Shown: piece by piece, positions 48,575 through 58,014 of the stretch
How the letters are laid out: each line of letters begins with the position of its first letter
Numbering within the stretch: position 1 is the first letter of the stretch
Assembly (NCBI GenBank): GCA_965242525.1
Contig: OZ251459.1
Span: 3,264,001 to 3,328,000, forward strand
Source: an uncultured Candidatus Binatia bacterium
GTDB lineage: Bacteria > Desulfobacterota > Binatia > UBA9968 > JAJDTQ01
Direction of reading: 5' to 3'
DNA: 64,000 nucleotides
The notes under the pieces: generated by a model
The model's database searches: none
Told to the model about the DNA's origin: nothing
What the model saw: the letters and a program-made list of their open reading frames with translations, nothing else
Made by a program: the position numbers and the translations under genes

Positions 48575-49393
48575 ATGAAGAAACCAACTATCGCCATCCT
48601 TATATCCTTACTTGCTACTACCTCTTGTTGGGCGCAAAGTATAGAGAAGGCTCAACTCTATATTGACCATGCTTTACCTGCCGAAGCCAAACGTGAGTGC
48701 ATTCTGATTATTACATCAGATAAGCCTAAAAAGGAAAAGGCGACGGCTTACTACCTCTTGGGCTTGATTGCGTTCGATCAGAACAGGATCGGGACAGCTT
48801 TGGAGACATGGACAGATTTGACCAAGAAGTACCCTCATTCGAAAGAAGCATCAGAAGTCTCGGAGAAGATCAAGCAACTAGCTCAAATTGTCAGTGAAAC
48901 TCAACGAGAGTCTGTTGATAATGCTGTTGCACGCGCTTATCTTAGACATGGTGATTTCTGGTCGAGGGGGAAGGATTCGGTTTTTTCGATTGACTCGAGT
49001 TGGATACCGAATGTCGAAGCCGCTACGAAGTGGTATGATAAGACTATAGCGGAGTTTCCAGGCACTACTGCCGCTCGTATTGCATATGAAGAGAAGATGC
49101 GGACATTACTGGGGTGGAAGAAACCCGGTCGATATGGTTCCAAGTACGGAATAGAGCAATATCCTATGACCTACTTACCTATTCTAGTGCAGACTTTGAA
49201 CGAATACGCGAAAGCCTTTCCTGAATCTGGCTCACTTCAAGCCTTCAGATATCAGATTGCGCAGGCGTATTGGAAGCAAAAGGACTGGAAGAATACACGC
49301 GCATGGCTAAACGAAATCATTGAGAAAGCCGATGGCCAAGACTCTTTTTATGCTGATCTCGCTATGCGCAGGCTTCAGAAAGTAGAACACTAA
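48575..49393 (+). CDS. Secreted TPR-like helical protein, AT-rich
   Basis: Signal peptide; AYYLLGLIAF..KKYPHS, IAEFPGT, FRYQIAQAYW TPR/BamD-like motifs. Confidence 0.75.
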   Translation: MKKPTIAILISLLATTSCWAQSIEKAQLYIDHALPAEAKRECILIITSDKPKKEKATAYYLLGLIAFDQNRIGTALETWTDLTKKYPHSKEASEVSEKIKQLAQIVSETQRESVDNAVARAYLRHGDFWSRGKDSVFSIDSSWIPNVEAATKWYDKTIAEFPGTTAARIAYEEKMRTLLGWKKPGRYGSKYGIEQYPMTYLPILVQTLNEYAKAFPESGSLQAFRYQIAQAYWKQKDWKNTRAWLNEIIEKADGQDSFYADLAMRRLQKVEH

Positions 49394-49544
49394 GGCAACA
49401 AGCAAATGGATTGGAGGCAATAGCGACAATAACAGACGGCGCCCGGCAAGCCCCCTCGTCCGCCGCGTTGCGGCCAAACCGAAAGCGCATTAGAATGCCC
49501 CACAGGTCGGACCCCGACCCGAACCAGCGAAGGAGGAGGGAAGA

Positions 49545-49961
49545 ATGGCGCAGAGCGACGGGACGGAACGCGGGACGTTGCTGAGTATCCTTGCCGGGTT
49601 GTTCGCCCTCCTGGCGGTCTCGAACCTCCTGAAACCGCTGCAACTTATGGGGCCGGACACCGGCTTCGTGCTCTTCGGGACACTGCTGACCGGAACGGCC
49701 AACATGATCGCCGGGCCGGTGGCCGGCGTCTATCTGCTGGCGTACGCCTGGGGCATCTGGCGGATGAGGCGGTTCGTGGTGGGCATGGCGCATGCGTACG
49801 CGCTGTACGTGGTCCTCAACCTGCTCTTGTACATGTACCAGAGGGTCGGGCACGCCGCTCCACTGGAATGGGTCGGAGGGCTGGTTTATGCCGCGGTGGC
49901 CATCGGCGTCTCGTGCGGCGCGGCCATCGTCCTCACCCGACGCAAGCACGAGTTGCGTTGA
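49545..49961 (+). CDS. Hypothetical four-TM membrane protein
   Basis: AGGAGG RBS; four hydrophobic segments. Confidence 0.8.
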   Translation: MAQSDGTERGTLLSILAGLFALLAVSNLLKPLQLMGPDTGFVLFGTLLTGTANMIAGPVAGVYLLAYAWGIWRMRRFVVGMAHAYALYVVLNLLLYMYQRVGHAAPLEWVGGLVYAAVAIGVSCGAAIVLTRRKHELR

Positions 49962-50007
49962 CCGGCACCGGCCGGGGATGTCCGCAAGCCGCGGTTCCCC
50001 CGCCTGA

Positions 50008-50145
50008 AACCGGCAATCAGACGCCCCGCCAACCGGCAAATGGACGCCTTTCCAACCGACAATCAGACGGCCTGGTAACCGGCAATCAGACGCTTGTGTA
50101 ACCGGCAAATAGACGCTATCCTGATCGGCAAATGGCCGTTCAGGA
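50008..50145 (+). repeat. Six tandem 23-bp repeats ending in the start codon of the ATPase gene
   Basis: AACCGGCAA(TC/AT)RGACGC+6 variable nt at 50008, 50031, 50054, 50077, 50100 and degenerate 50123. Confidence 0.88.
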
Positions 50146-51379
50146 TGAGTTGCTTCCTCGCTACTTGGCGCCGGTCGTCCAGGCCGCCCTTGCAGACACG
50201 CCCGTGGTCTGCCTGATCGGTCCGCGTCAGAGCGGCAAGACCACGCTTGCGCGGCAGCTTGCGCCGGACCGGGTGTTCGTGAGTCTCGACGACCCCCGCT
50301 ACCATCGAACGGCGAGCACGGACCCTGCCGGCTTCGTCGCCGGCCTGCCGGACGAAGCGACCCTGGACGAGGTGCAGCGCGTGCCGGAGCTGCTCCCCGC
50401 CCTCAAGCTCGCCGTGGATGGAAACCGCCGTCCCGGACGCTTTCTCCTCACCGGTTCGGCCAACCTGCTGTTGTTGCCGAGGGTCACCGAGTCATTGGCC
50501 GGGCGTATGGAGGTCGCGCGCCTGCATCCGTTGACCGAAGCGGAGAAGATGCGAAGTCCCGGCCGTTTCGTCAGCGCCCTGTTGGCGGGAACGCTTCGGC
50601 CAGCCATGGAACCGTTGCCGCACCACAGCGGGCCAACGCTGCCGGAGCGGCTGGTGGCGGGCGGCTATCCCGAGCCGTTGACCCGACCGCCGGCCCGCGC
50701 CCGGCAATGGCATCGACAGTACCTGCGCACCATCGTCGAGCGCGATCTGGGGAGCGTGGCGCGGGTCCGGGACGCCGATGAGGTGGCCCGGTTGCTGGAG
50801 TTGCTGGCCTTGCGCAGTGCGCAACTCCTGAACGTCAGCGGATGGGCCAACGAGCTCGGTCTGCACCGGGAGACCGTGGAACACCACCTCGCCGTGCTCG
50901 AAAGGCTGTTCCTCGTGCGTCGGCTGCGTCCCTGGCATCGCAACACGGCCAAACGCCTCGTCAAGTCACCGAAGGTGCATCTGCTGGACACCGGCTTGGC
51001 CGCGACGCTTGCCGACCTGACGGCCGGAGACTGGCTCCATGCCCGGCACCGCATGGGCTTCCTGCTGGAGTCTTTCGTGGTTCAGCAACTCATGGCCCAG
51101 GCAGCCTGGACCGACCCCGACCTCCGCTTCTGGCATTACCGGGACAAGGACCAAGTGGAAGTTGACGTGGTGATGACCCGGGGCCGGGCGGTCTGGGGCA
51201 TCGAGGTCAAGTCGGGGATGTCCCCGGGGCCGGGCGACGGCAAGGGACTCGCACGGCTCGCCGCCCTCTGCGGCAAGGACTTCCGCCAGGGCATCCTGTT
51301 CCATACGGGTGAAGCCCTGCTGCCCATGGCCGACGAACGTATGCTCGCGGCGCCGTTGCGGGTGTTGTGGGAGTGGTAG
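50132..51379 (+). CDS. AAA_14 ATPase with DUF4143/PD-(D/E)xK C-terminus
   Basis: GPRQSGKTT, LDEVQ, LTGS, SLAGR, GGYP, KSPK..DTGL, EVD..IEVK. Confidence 0.93.
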   Translation: MAVQDELLPRYLAPVVQAALADTPVVCLIGPRQSGKTTLARQLAPDRVFVSLDDPRYHRTASTDPAGFVAGLPDEATLDEVQRVPELLPALKLAVDGNRRPGRFLLTGSANLLLLPRVTESLAGRMEVARLHPLTEAEKMRSPGRFVSALLAGTLRPAMEPLPHHSGPTLPERLVAGGYPEPLTRPPARARQWHRQYLRTIVERDLGSVARVRDADEVARLLELLALRSAQLLNVSGWANELGLHRETVEHHLAVLERLFLVRRLRPWHRNTAKRLVKSPKVHLLDTGLAATLADLTAGDWLHARHRMGFLLESFVVQQLMAQAAWTDPDLRFWHYRDKDQVEVDVVMTRGRAVWGIEVKSGMSPGPGDGKGLARLAALCGKDFRQGILFHTGEALLPMADERMLAAPLRVLWEW

Positions 51380-51460
51380 GCATGTATGGAAAGCGCTCGT
51401 CCTCATGCCTTGCGAAGAAATCGGAAACGTCTTCAGTTCCGATGGCGAAAGTTGCGTGGC

Positions 51461-52636
51461 TCACAAATGCTCGCGCATCCGAAAGCCGTTGACGGCGAGC
51501 ATGTCCTTGGCCACCGGGAAGCTGTCGCCGGTTCGGCACAGTACCATCGCCGGTAGCCGGGCCGCCCGCAGCAGCGGTTGGACCGCCAGGAGCTGCTGGA
51601 AGTCCTTTCGGCTTGGCAGCTCTTTCCATTTCGCTTCCGCCAGTGTCAACCGGCCATCTTTCTCGATGACGAAATCGACTTCCCGGGACTGGTCCCGGTA
51701 GAACCACAACGAGGCTTCGGGCGCGGTGGCCGACAGGTACTTGCGCAACTCCCCGAACACGAACGTCTCCCAGATGGCGCCGATGAGGTAGCTGTCCACG
51801 ACCGAGGCCCGGTTCAGCCCCAGCAGGAAGCACAGGACCCCGACGTCGTTGAAATAGAGCTTGGGGGTCTTGGCGAGACGCTTGCCGACGTTGGCGAAAT
51901 ACGGCTCGATCAACGTGACCTGGTTGGACGCCTGGAGAACGCTCAACCACTCCGCGGCGGTCTTGTTGCTGATCCCCACTTCCTTGGACAACTCGGTCCG
52001 GTTGAGGAGCTGTCCGACCCGCACCGCGCTCGCGCGCATGAACCGGTCGAAGTCCCTGAGCGAGGAAACGTTCAGGAGTTGCCGGACGTCGCGCTCCAGG
52101 TAGGTGGCCTGGTAGCTGCTGAAGTAGTCGGCCGGTCTCAGGTCGGGGTCCTTCCAAAGCTGGGGCATGAAGCCCCGGACCAGGATCTCGGCGATGCCTT
52201 CGCGCCGCTCGCGGTCATGGAACGTGTCGCCGAGTTCTTCGATGGACAGACCTTCGAGCTCCAATACCCCGCAACGGCCCGCCAGCGAATCCGACACCTC
52301 CTTCATGAGGCCGAACTTCTGCGAGCCGGTGAGGATGAACTGCCCGTTCACCTCCCGGTTGCCGTCGATCGCGACCTTGAGATAGCGAAAGAGCCCGGGA
52401 GCGTATTGTACTTCGTCCACCAGGAGCGGCGGAGGGTGCCGCAGGAGGAACGACCGCGGGTCTTCCTCGGCAAGCTGCGCTTGCGCGGGAAGGTCCAGGC
52501 TCACGTAGTGATGACCGGGAAACAACCGGGTGAGCAGGGTGGTCTTGCCGGTCTGGCGGGCGCCCGTGACCACAACCGCGGGAAAGTGAGCGGCCAAGCG
52601 CAAGACCGCGTTGGAAAGCTCTCTCCGGAACTCCAC
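51461..52636 (-). CDS. AAA_14 ATPase with DUF4143/PD-(D/E)xK C-terminus
   Basis: GARQTGKTT, VDEVQ, LTGSQ, SLAGR, TYLERDV, KTPKLYFND, EVDF..EAK. Confidence 0.93.
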   Translation of the reverse strand: MEFRRELSNAVLRLAAHFPAVVVTGARQTGKTTLLTRLFPGHHYVSLDLPAQAQLAEEDPRSFLLRHPPPLLVDEVQYAPGLFRYLKVAIDGNREVNGQFILTGSQKFGLMKEVSDSLAGRCGVLELEGLSIEELGDTFHDRERREGIAEILVRGFMPQLWKDPDLRPADYFSSYQATYLERDVRQLLNVSSLRDFDRFMRASAVRVGQLLNRTELSKEVGISNKTAAEWLSVLQASNQVTLIEPYFANVGKRLAKTPKLYFNDVGVLCFLLGLNRASVVDSYLIGAIWETFVFGELRKYLSATAPEASLWFYRDQSREVDFVIEKDGRLTLAEAKWKELPSRKDFQQLLAVQPLLRAARLPAMVLCRTGDSFPVAKDMLAVNGFRMREHL

Positions 52637-52738
52637 GGCGGATACTCCGACAATTCAGGAAGTCGAATCTCAGATTTACTGGACTAAGGATAACAGAATT
52701 GCCGAGCGAAATGCAATGCCCCGCCCGCTCCCGGGGCC

Positions 52739-54208
52739 TCACCGACCGCCCGTGAGTCTCCGGTCCACGCGCCACATGGCCACGCAATCGTCTTCGTTGT
52801 AGCGGATCGCCTTTTCGGCCATGGCGCGGTTGCCGGTGTCGAGGTAGTCCCAGTAGCACACCAGCGAATCGTAGGCGCCGAACCCGCTCTGGCGCCAGTG
52901 GAATCCCAGGGCGGGGGCCACGCTCTTGAGGGAGAAACTCGGCGCCGGCAGGTACACGGCGTCCTGGATGCATTGCTTGAGATCCACGCAGGAGCCCGCC
53001 AGCCGCCTCAACCGCCCCGCCAGCTTCGGCCAGCGGCGCATGACCGCCTCCATCTGCCGGACCTCGTAGCCGGTCCAGTGGTAGAGCCGCGTCGCTTCGA
53101 GGTCGTCGCCCACGTAGTCCAGGAAGGCTTCGAAGATGTGCGGCTCGTCCTCGGCCCCGCGGGCGAGGAAGCTGGCGAACCGCTCCCTGGCGCCGTCCCA
53201 GCACCCGATGAGATATACGTGGGGCGGCACCGCGGGATGCACGTCGTCGGAAGTCTCGAAGTCGAAATAGAGCAGCCGCTCGGCGCGGGGGATGCGCAGC
53301 TTGCGGCCCGCCTTGGGCACGGGGTTTCCGGTGCGGTAGCTCCGGGCCGCTTGGTAGGCCGCGGGGCCGTGGCGGGGGCCCAGGATCTCGTCGACCTCTT
53401 CCGGGGAGCGGCGCCACACCTGGTCCACCCGGTGGATGCCCGCGGCCCTGAGCTTGGCGCGCTCGGGCGCGCGCACGCCCGCCAGCAGCACCAAGTCCCG
53501 CCGTTCATGCACCAGCCTTTCGCCGTATGCGCGCCAGGGGGAGTCGGTGACGTTGGGCGGCCGCCCCGGCTCGGGCATTGCCGCGCCGTCCAGCAACTCG
53601 GCCCAGCGCGAGACCACGCGGTCGAGTTCGTCCGCCAGGCCCGAGACGTCCACGCGGCAAACCTCGTCCCTCAGCGCAACGCTCACCTCGCCCGGCGTAT
53701 ATCCCTGGACGGCCCCCAACGCGCGGTTGTAGAGGGCCGCCTGGAGCACGAAGGGGGTGCGGACCTTGCGCGCCCGCTTTATCTCGATGACGCGGTAGTG
53801 GTACGGGCCCAGGTCCGAGCCGCCGCTGTCGTCACGCACCAGCAGGTCGCCCCTGCCGTACACGTCGCGGCCCAGGTCCCATAGCTGTGGCTGGTGGATG
53901 GCCGGAACCCCCGCCAGCATGGCCTCCAGCGTCCCGGCGAGGGCGTCGTAGCCGAAGTCCGGCTTGACCGCCAGGGCCTCCGGGTAGTGGGCCGCGACCC
54001 AAGCGTCCTCGTGCTCCAAGCCCCGGCGGTAGCGCATGAGGTCGTAGGGGCCGGTCTCGTCCACCGCCTCGCTCCGGGGCGCATGGTAATGGCACCAGAC
54101 CCAGAACGGGTCGGTCAGGACCTTGCCCACCAGCGACGGCCGCAAGCGCGGCCGTGCGCGCACCCGTTCCCCCGCGGTGGCGCGGTCGAGCAACGCGCGC
54201 AGCCGCAC
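52739..54208 (-). CDS. TM0106-family RecB-like nuclease with C-terminal RNase H-like domain
   Basis: GRGDLL..YRVIEIK..LQAALY; LYFDFET, LYHW..YE, VDL, SFSLKSVA..GFHW, YNEDDC; start uncertain. Confidence 0.85.
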   Translation of the reverse strand: MRLRALLDRATAGERVRARPRLRPSLVGKVLTDPFWVWCHYHAPRSEAVDETGPYDLMRYRRGLEHEDAWVAAHYPEALAVKPDFGYDALAGTLEAMLAGVPAIHQPQLWDLGRDVYGRGDLLVRDDSGGSDLGPYHYRVIEIKRARKVRTPFVLQAALYNRALGAVQGYTPGEVSVALRDEVCRVDVSGLADELDRVVSRWAELLDGAAMPEPGRPPNVTDSPWRAYGERLVHERRDLVLLAGVRAPERAKLRAAGIHRVDQVWRRSPEEVDEILGPRHGPAAYQAARSYRTGNPVPKAGRKLRIPRAERLLYFDFETSDDVHPAVPPHVYLIGCWDGARERFASFLARGAEDEPHIFEAFLDYVGDDLEATRLYHWTGYEVRQMEAVMRRWPKLAGRLRRLAGSCVDLKQCIQDAVYLPAPSFSLKSVAPALGFHWRQSGFGAYDSLVCYWDYLDTGNRAMAEKAIRYNEDDCVAMWRVDRRLTGGR

Positions 54209-54231
54209 CGCGTCCCCGCGAATGGGCAGCG

Positions 54232-55677
54232 TCAGTTGAATGCCGGCTTCTCCCTGGGGTAGTGCGCTTCCATGGCGGGACGGTAACGCTCCATGATGCT
54301 GCGGTTGAGCTCCAGCGGCGGCTGCTGGTCCTCGGGCAGGAGCGGGCGGTATTCCACGTCTCCCACCTCCTCTTTGAAAGTCTCCTGGGCCCGGGCCACG
54401 AGGCCGGGGTCCGTCAGCAGGTCGATGGCCGACGCGGCCAGGGTCTTGGCTCCGACGACGGCCCCCTTGTGGGCGATGGACGTGGCCAGGGAAATGCCCG
54501 CGGCCCAGTGGTGGTAGGAGATGCCCGGTATGTTGGAGGGGAAGTTGACCACCCCGGACGGCACCACCCAACAGACCTCGCCGGAGTCGTTGGCGGACAC
54601 GGACTGCACGGCCTCCCGAAGCGGCGCCACCCGGTCGGGCATCCCGGTGGCCTTGACGTTGACCTTGGCCTGGACCTCGGTCACGAGCTTCTGCTCCGCG
54701 TCGGTCCAGCGGGGCATGCCCACCGCCTCGATGTTCTTCTGGATCACCTCGGCCAGGGTGCGGTTGCACCGGGTGGGCCAAACCGCGCTCAGCACGTTCA
54801 CCGAGTGGGAGGTCCCGGTCATGATCGCGGCGCCTTCGGCGACCCTCCTGGCTTTCTCGAACAGCGCCCGGGTCTTGTCCGCGGTGGCTTCCCGGAAGAA
54901 CCACCAGATGGACGCGGTGTTGGGGATCACGTTGGGCTGGTCGCCGCCGTTGCTGATGACCCGGTGGCTGCGCTGGGAGGGCTCCAGGTGCTCCCGCAGC
55001 TTGTCCCAGCCCACGTCCATCAGCACCGCGGCGTCCAGCGCGTCCCGGGCGTTCCAGGGCGCGGTGGCCGCGTGGGCGCTCTCGCCCTTGAAGGTGAACT
55101 CCGCGGACACCAGCGAGTACTGCCGCAGGCCGTGCACCGTGCCCAGGTTGTGCCCGATGTGGTCGTGCAGGGCCACGTCCACGCCCTCGAAGTAGCCGTC
55201 CCGCACGAAGAAGGGACGGCTCACGAGTTGCTCCTCCGCGGGCGCGCCGTAAACCCGGAGGGTCCCCTGTATGCCGAACTGCTCCATGGCCTTGCGGATG
55301 GCCACGGCTGCGCCGATCATCACCGCGGCGTTGACGTTGTGCCCCTCCGTGTGTCCGGGCGCGCCTTCCACGATGGCCTTCTGCTCTGCCACCCCCGGCA
55401 TCTGCGAACTGGAAGGCGTGGCGTCGAACTCCGTGTGCAGCGCCACCACGGGCTTGCCCGACCCGTAAGCGGCCATGAAGGCCGTGGGCATTCCCGAGAT
55501 GTTCCGCCGGACCTCGAAGCCCGCCTGCTCCAGGATCTCGACCATGAGGCCGCTGGTGCGGAACTCCTGCATCCCCAGCTCGGCGAAGTAGAAGATGTTG
55601 TCCCCGAGCAGGGCGATGTTGTCGCGGTTCTCTTCCACCGCGTCCATGGCGAACTGCTTCTGCTTCGAATCCTGCAT
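54232..55677 (-). CDS. M20 amidohydrolase (AbgB-like)
   Basis: AELGMQEF, EFDA, GHTEGHN, PAEE, SAHAA..PW, GGDQPNV. Confidence 0.9.
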   Translation of the reverse strand: MQDSKQKQFAMDAVEENRDNIALLGDNIFYFAELGMQEFRTSGLMVEILEQAGFEVRRNISGMPTAFMAAYGSGKPVVALHTEFDATPSSSQMPGVAEQKAIVEGAPGHTEGHNVNAAVMIGAAVAIRKAMEQFGIQGTLRVYGAPAEEQLVSRPFFVRDGYFEGVDVALHDHIGHNLGTVHGLRQYSLVSAEFTFKGESAHAATAPWNARDALDAAVLMDVGWDKLREHLEPSQRSHRVISNGGDQPNVIPNTASIWWFFREATADKTRALFEKARRVAEGAAIMTGTSHSVNVLSAVWPTRCNRTLAEVIQKNIEAVGMPRWTDAEQKLVTEVQAKVNVKATGMPDRVAPLREAVQSVSANDSGEVCWVVPSGVVNFPSNIPGISYHHWAAGISLATSIAHKGAVVGAKTLAASAIDLLTDPGLVARAQETFKEEVGDVEYRPLLPEDQQPPLELNRSIMERYRPAMEAHYPREKPAFN

Positions 55678-55909
55678 GGCTCCCCCCGTGAGCGCGGGCC
55701 GACCGCCTGGCGGCGCCCCGCGATCCTGCTATGACACGGCCGATCCTATTACAACGAAGGCAATGAGTCGAGGGGAGGCGCAAGCGCCTTTTTTTCGCTA
55801 CCTTTATCCTCCTGGAACAGGGAATAAATCAGAGGCTCCGTCCTATGGTCCGCTGACGCCAAGGCGTGGTAGAGTCCACGGATCAACCACGAACGGGAGG
55901 GGCGTTGCC

Positions 55910-57232
55910 ATGGCCAAGACACTGAAGAAGGGCGAATCCTGGGAACCGCCGGCCAGTCTGTCGAAGGACGAACTGGTGAAGATCTCGGACGAGATACTCG
56001 CGGAGCCCGACATTCCCTTCGCCGAGACCGAGGACGTCTTCCGCATCCACGCCAACGGCATGGACTGGGACATCGGCTGCATGGTCTATGAGCCCACGGA
56101 TCCGGCCAGGGCCGCGGTCGGGCCGGACGGCAACAAGCTCGGCATCTTCATGACCCACGGGGGGGCCAGCGACTGGCGCTCCATCGAGCGGCTGGCGCAG
56201 ACCTTTGCCGGAAAGCGCGGCTACAAGGTGTGCAGCATGACCTACCCCGGCCGCCTCTACCTCCCGGACCCAAGCCGCGACTGGCCCGGCGACACCTTCC
56301 ACGACGACGGCGGCGTGCGCACGCCCATCTGGCTGGACGGAGAATATATCTCGCGGGACGAGTACGACGTGGCGCCGGACGACTCGTTCCGGGATATCTA
56401 CGGCTCCCGGACCTACGCCAGAGCCAGGAAGGGCAGCAACTTCTACTATCGGATGGCGGCTTGGCCGGTGGCGTTCGAGGAAGGCATGCTGGACGTCTGC
56501 CGCCGGCATCTGCCCGTGGGCGAGTACTCGGTGTTCACCCACGGCCATTCCACGGGCGGCCCCTTCAGCCACTACCTGCTACAGCGCATCGAGAACGCCA
56601 AGGGGCTCATCGGCATCGAGAACTCGCCCTTCGCGTTCATCTTCCGCAAGATGAGCGGCCACGACTGGCCCACCACCTTCGACCACGTGCTCATCCGGAC
56701 TTGGCGCGAGCTCGCCCGCTACAAGGGCGCGGAGGCGGCCATGCAGGAAGGGGAGAAGCCGCTCTTCCGGTTGGCGTGGCTGATGGAAGAGATATTCGAC
56801 ATGTGGCAACAGGCCAAGCGCTTCCCCCAGTTCAAGGCCGAGAACTGGCTGCACAGCGACAGCCGCCCGTGCCTCACCGAGGCGGCCAGGGTCACGGCCG
56901 AGCGCCTGAAAATGAACGCCGAGGAGACCCAGGCCCTGATCCACCGCTACCTGGGCTACGGAAGACCGCGCCAGGACCCGGATGCCAAGCCGGTGCCGCC
57001 GCTCCTCTACGGCATCAACCGGTTCAGCCGGGACCACACGCCCGAGAAGTACAACCGGATCGTCAAGGCCGAGTACGCGGCCATGGACCCGGCTCCGAAG
57101 GTACGGGTCGTCGAGATCGGCACAGGCATCCACTCCTACTGGAAGACCGAGGACGGACTGCCCCTGGGCGTCTGCCCGGTGATCGCCAAGGTCTGGCACG
57201 ACGCCGTCATGAACGGGTACTACGAGGCGTGA
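55910..57232 (+). CDS. Hypothetical alpha/beta-hydrolase-like protein
   Basis: THGGASD, GHSTGG motif, late His (GIHSY); GGAGG RBS. Confidence 0.75.
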   Translation: MAKTLKKGESWEPPASLSKDELVKISDEILAEPDIPFAETEDVFRIHANGMDWDIGCMVYEPTDPARAAVGPDGNKLGIFMTHGGASDWRSIERLAQTFAGKRGYKVCSMTYPGRLYLPDPSRDWPGDTFHDDGGVRTPIWLDGEYISRDEYDVAPDDSFRDIYGSRTYARARKGSNFYYRMAAWPVAFEEGMLDVCRRHLPVGEYSVFTHGHSTGGPFSHYLLQRIENAKGLIGIENSPFAFIFRKMSGHDWPTTFDHVLIRTWRELARYKGAEAAMQEGEKPLFRLAWLMEEIFDMWQQAKRFPQFKAENWLHSDSRPCLTEAARVTAERLKMNAEETQALIHRYLGYGRPRQDPDAKPVPPLLYGINRFSRDHTPEKYNRIVKAEYAAMDPAPKVRVVEIGTGIHSYWKTEDGLPLGVCPVIAKVWHDAVMNGYYEA

Positions 57233-57260
57233 GGCCGCGCCGAACCCGCACTTCCCTGCG

Positions 57261-57911
57261 CTAATACTCCACGGGCAGGGCGTCGAGGCTGCGCCAGAGA
57301 TACCACGAGGCCACCGACCGCCACGGCCGCCAGGGCTCTGCGATGGCGAACATCTCGTCGGGGGTCGGGCGCACGCCGCGGTTGAAGTGGATGCCCATGG
57401 CCCGCTGGATGCCCAGGTCCGCCACGGGCAGCACGTCGGGCCGCAACAGGTGGAAGATCAGGAACATCTCCGCGGTCCAACGGCCGATCCCCTTTACCTG
57501 CACGAGGCTTCGGATCACCGCCTCGTCGTCCATCCCACGCCACGACTCCGGGTCGAGGTCGCCGTTGCCGAAGCTCTCCGCCAGACTCAGCAGGTAGCGC
57601 GCCTTGGGCCGGGACAGGCCGCATCCCCGCAAGTCGTCCTCGGTCTCGCGGGCCACCGCGACGGGAGTCACGGCGCCCACGCGCGCCGTCAGCTTCCGCC
57701 ACACCGCTTCCGCGGCGTGGACAGAGATCTGCTGGGCCACGATGGACCGGGCGAGGGAGAAGAAGGGATCGTTCCGAGGCCGCAGGACGGACCCTCCGGC
57801 AGCCCGGATCAGCCTGCGGAGCACCGGGTCGGCCCGCTCCAGGGCCCGGCGGGCCCTGGCCCAATGGGGGACCCCCTCCGGGTTCGTTTCGTTCATGCGT
57901 CTGGAAGCCAT
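57261..57911 (-). CDS. DNA-3-methyladenine glycosylase II (AlkA-like)
   Basis: IVAQQIS, GLSRPK, VKGIGRWTAEMFLIF..RPDVLPVADLG, WRPWRS. Confidence 0.93.
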   Translation of the reverse strand: MASRRMNETNPEGVPHWARARRALERADPVLRRLIRAAGGSVLRPRNDPFFSLARSIVAQQISVHAAEAVWRKLTARVGAVTPVAVARETEDDLRGCGLSRPKARYLLSLAESFGNGDLDPESWRGMDDEAVIRSLVQVKGIGRWTAEMFLIFHLLRPDVLPVADLGIQRAMGIHFNRGVRPTPDEMFAIAEPWRPWRSVASWYLWRSLDALPVEY

Positions 57912-58014
57912 GGGCACCGGGTCGCGCCGCGGCCGAGAGCACGCCCGCGGCCCGTCTTCATACCAGCCCGCCTTCCGATACGACAAGAACGACAAAAGGC
58001 CGCGGGCGCGACCC

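Noticed and set aside
52739-55783. 1014-aa ORF suggesting a giant nuclease fusion
   Set aside because: The N-terminal half is an out-of-frame shadow of the amidohydrolase (54232-55677). Only the part from about 54208 has nuclease motifs.
55776-55795. Terminator-like AGGCG-CAAG-CGCCT plus T-tract
   Set aside because: The stem is only 5 bp and lies in a divergent intergenic region with no upstream plus-strand gene; insufficient support for a terminator or attenuator.
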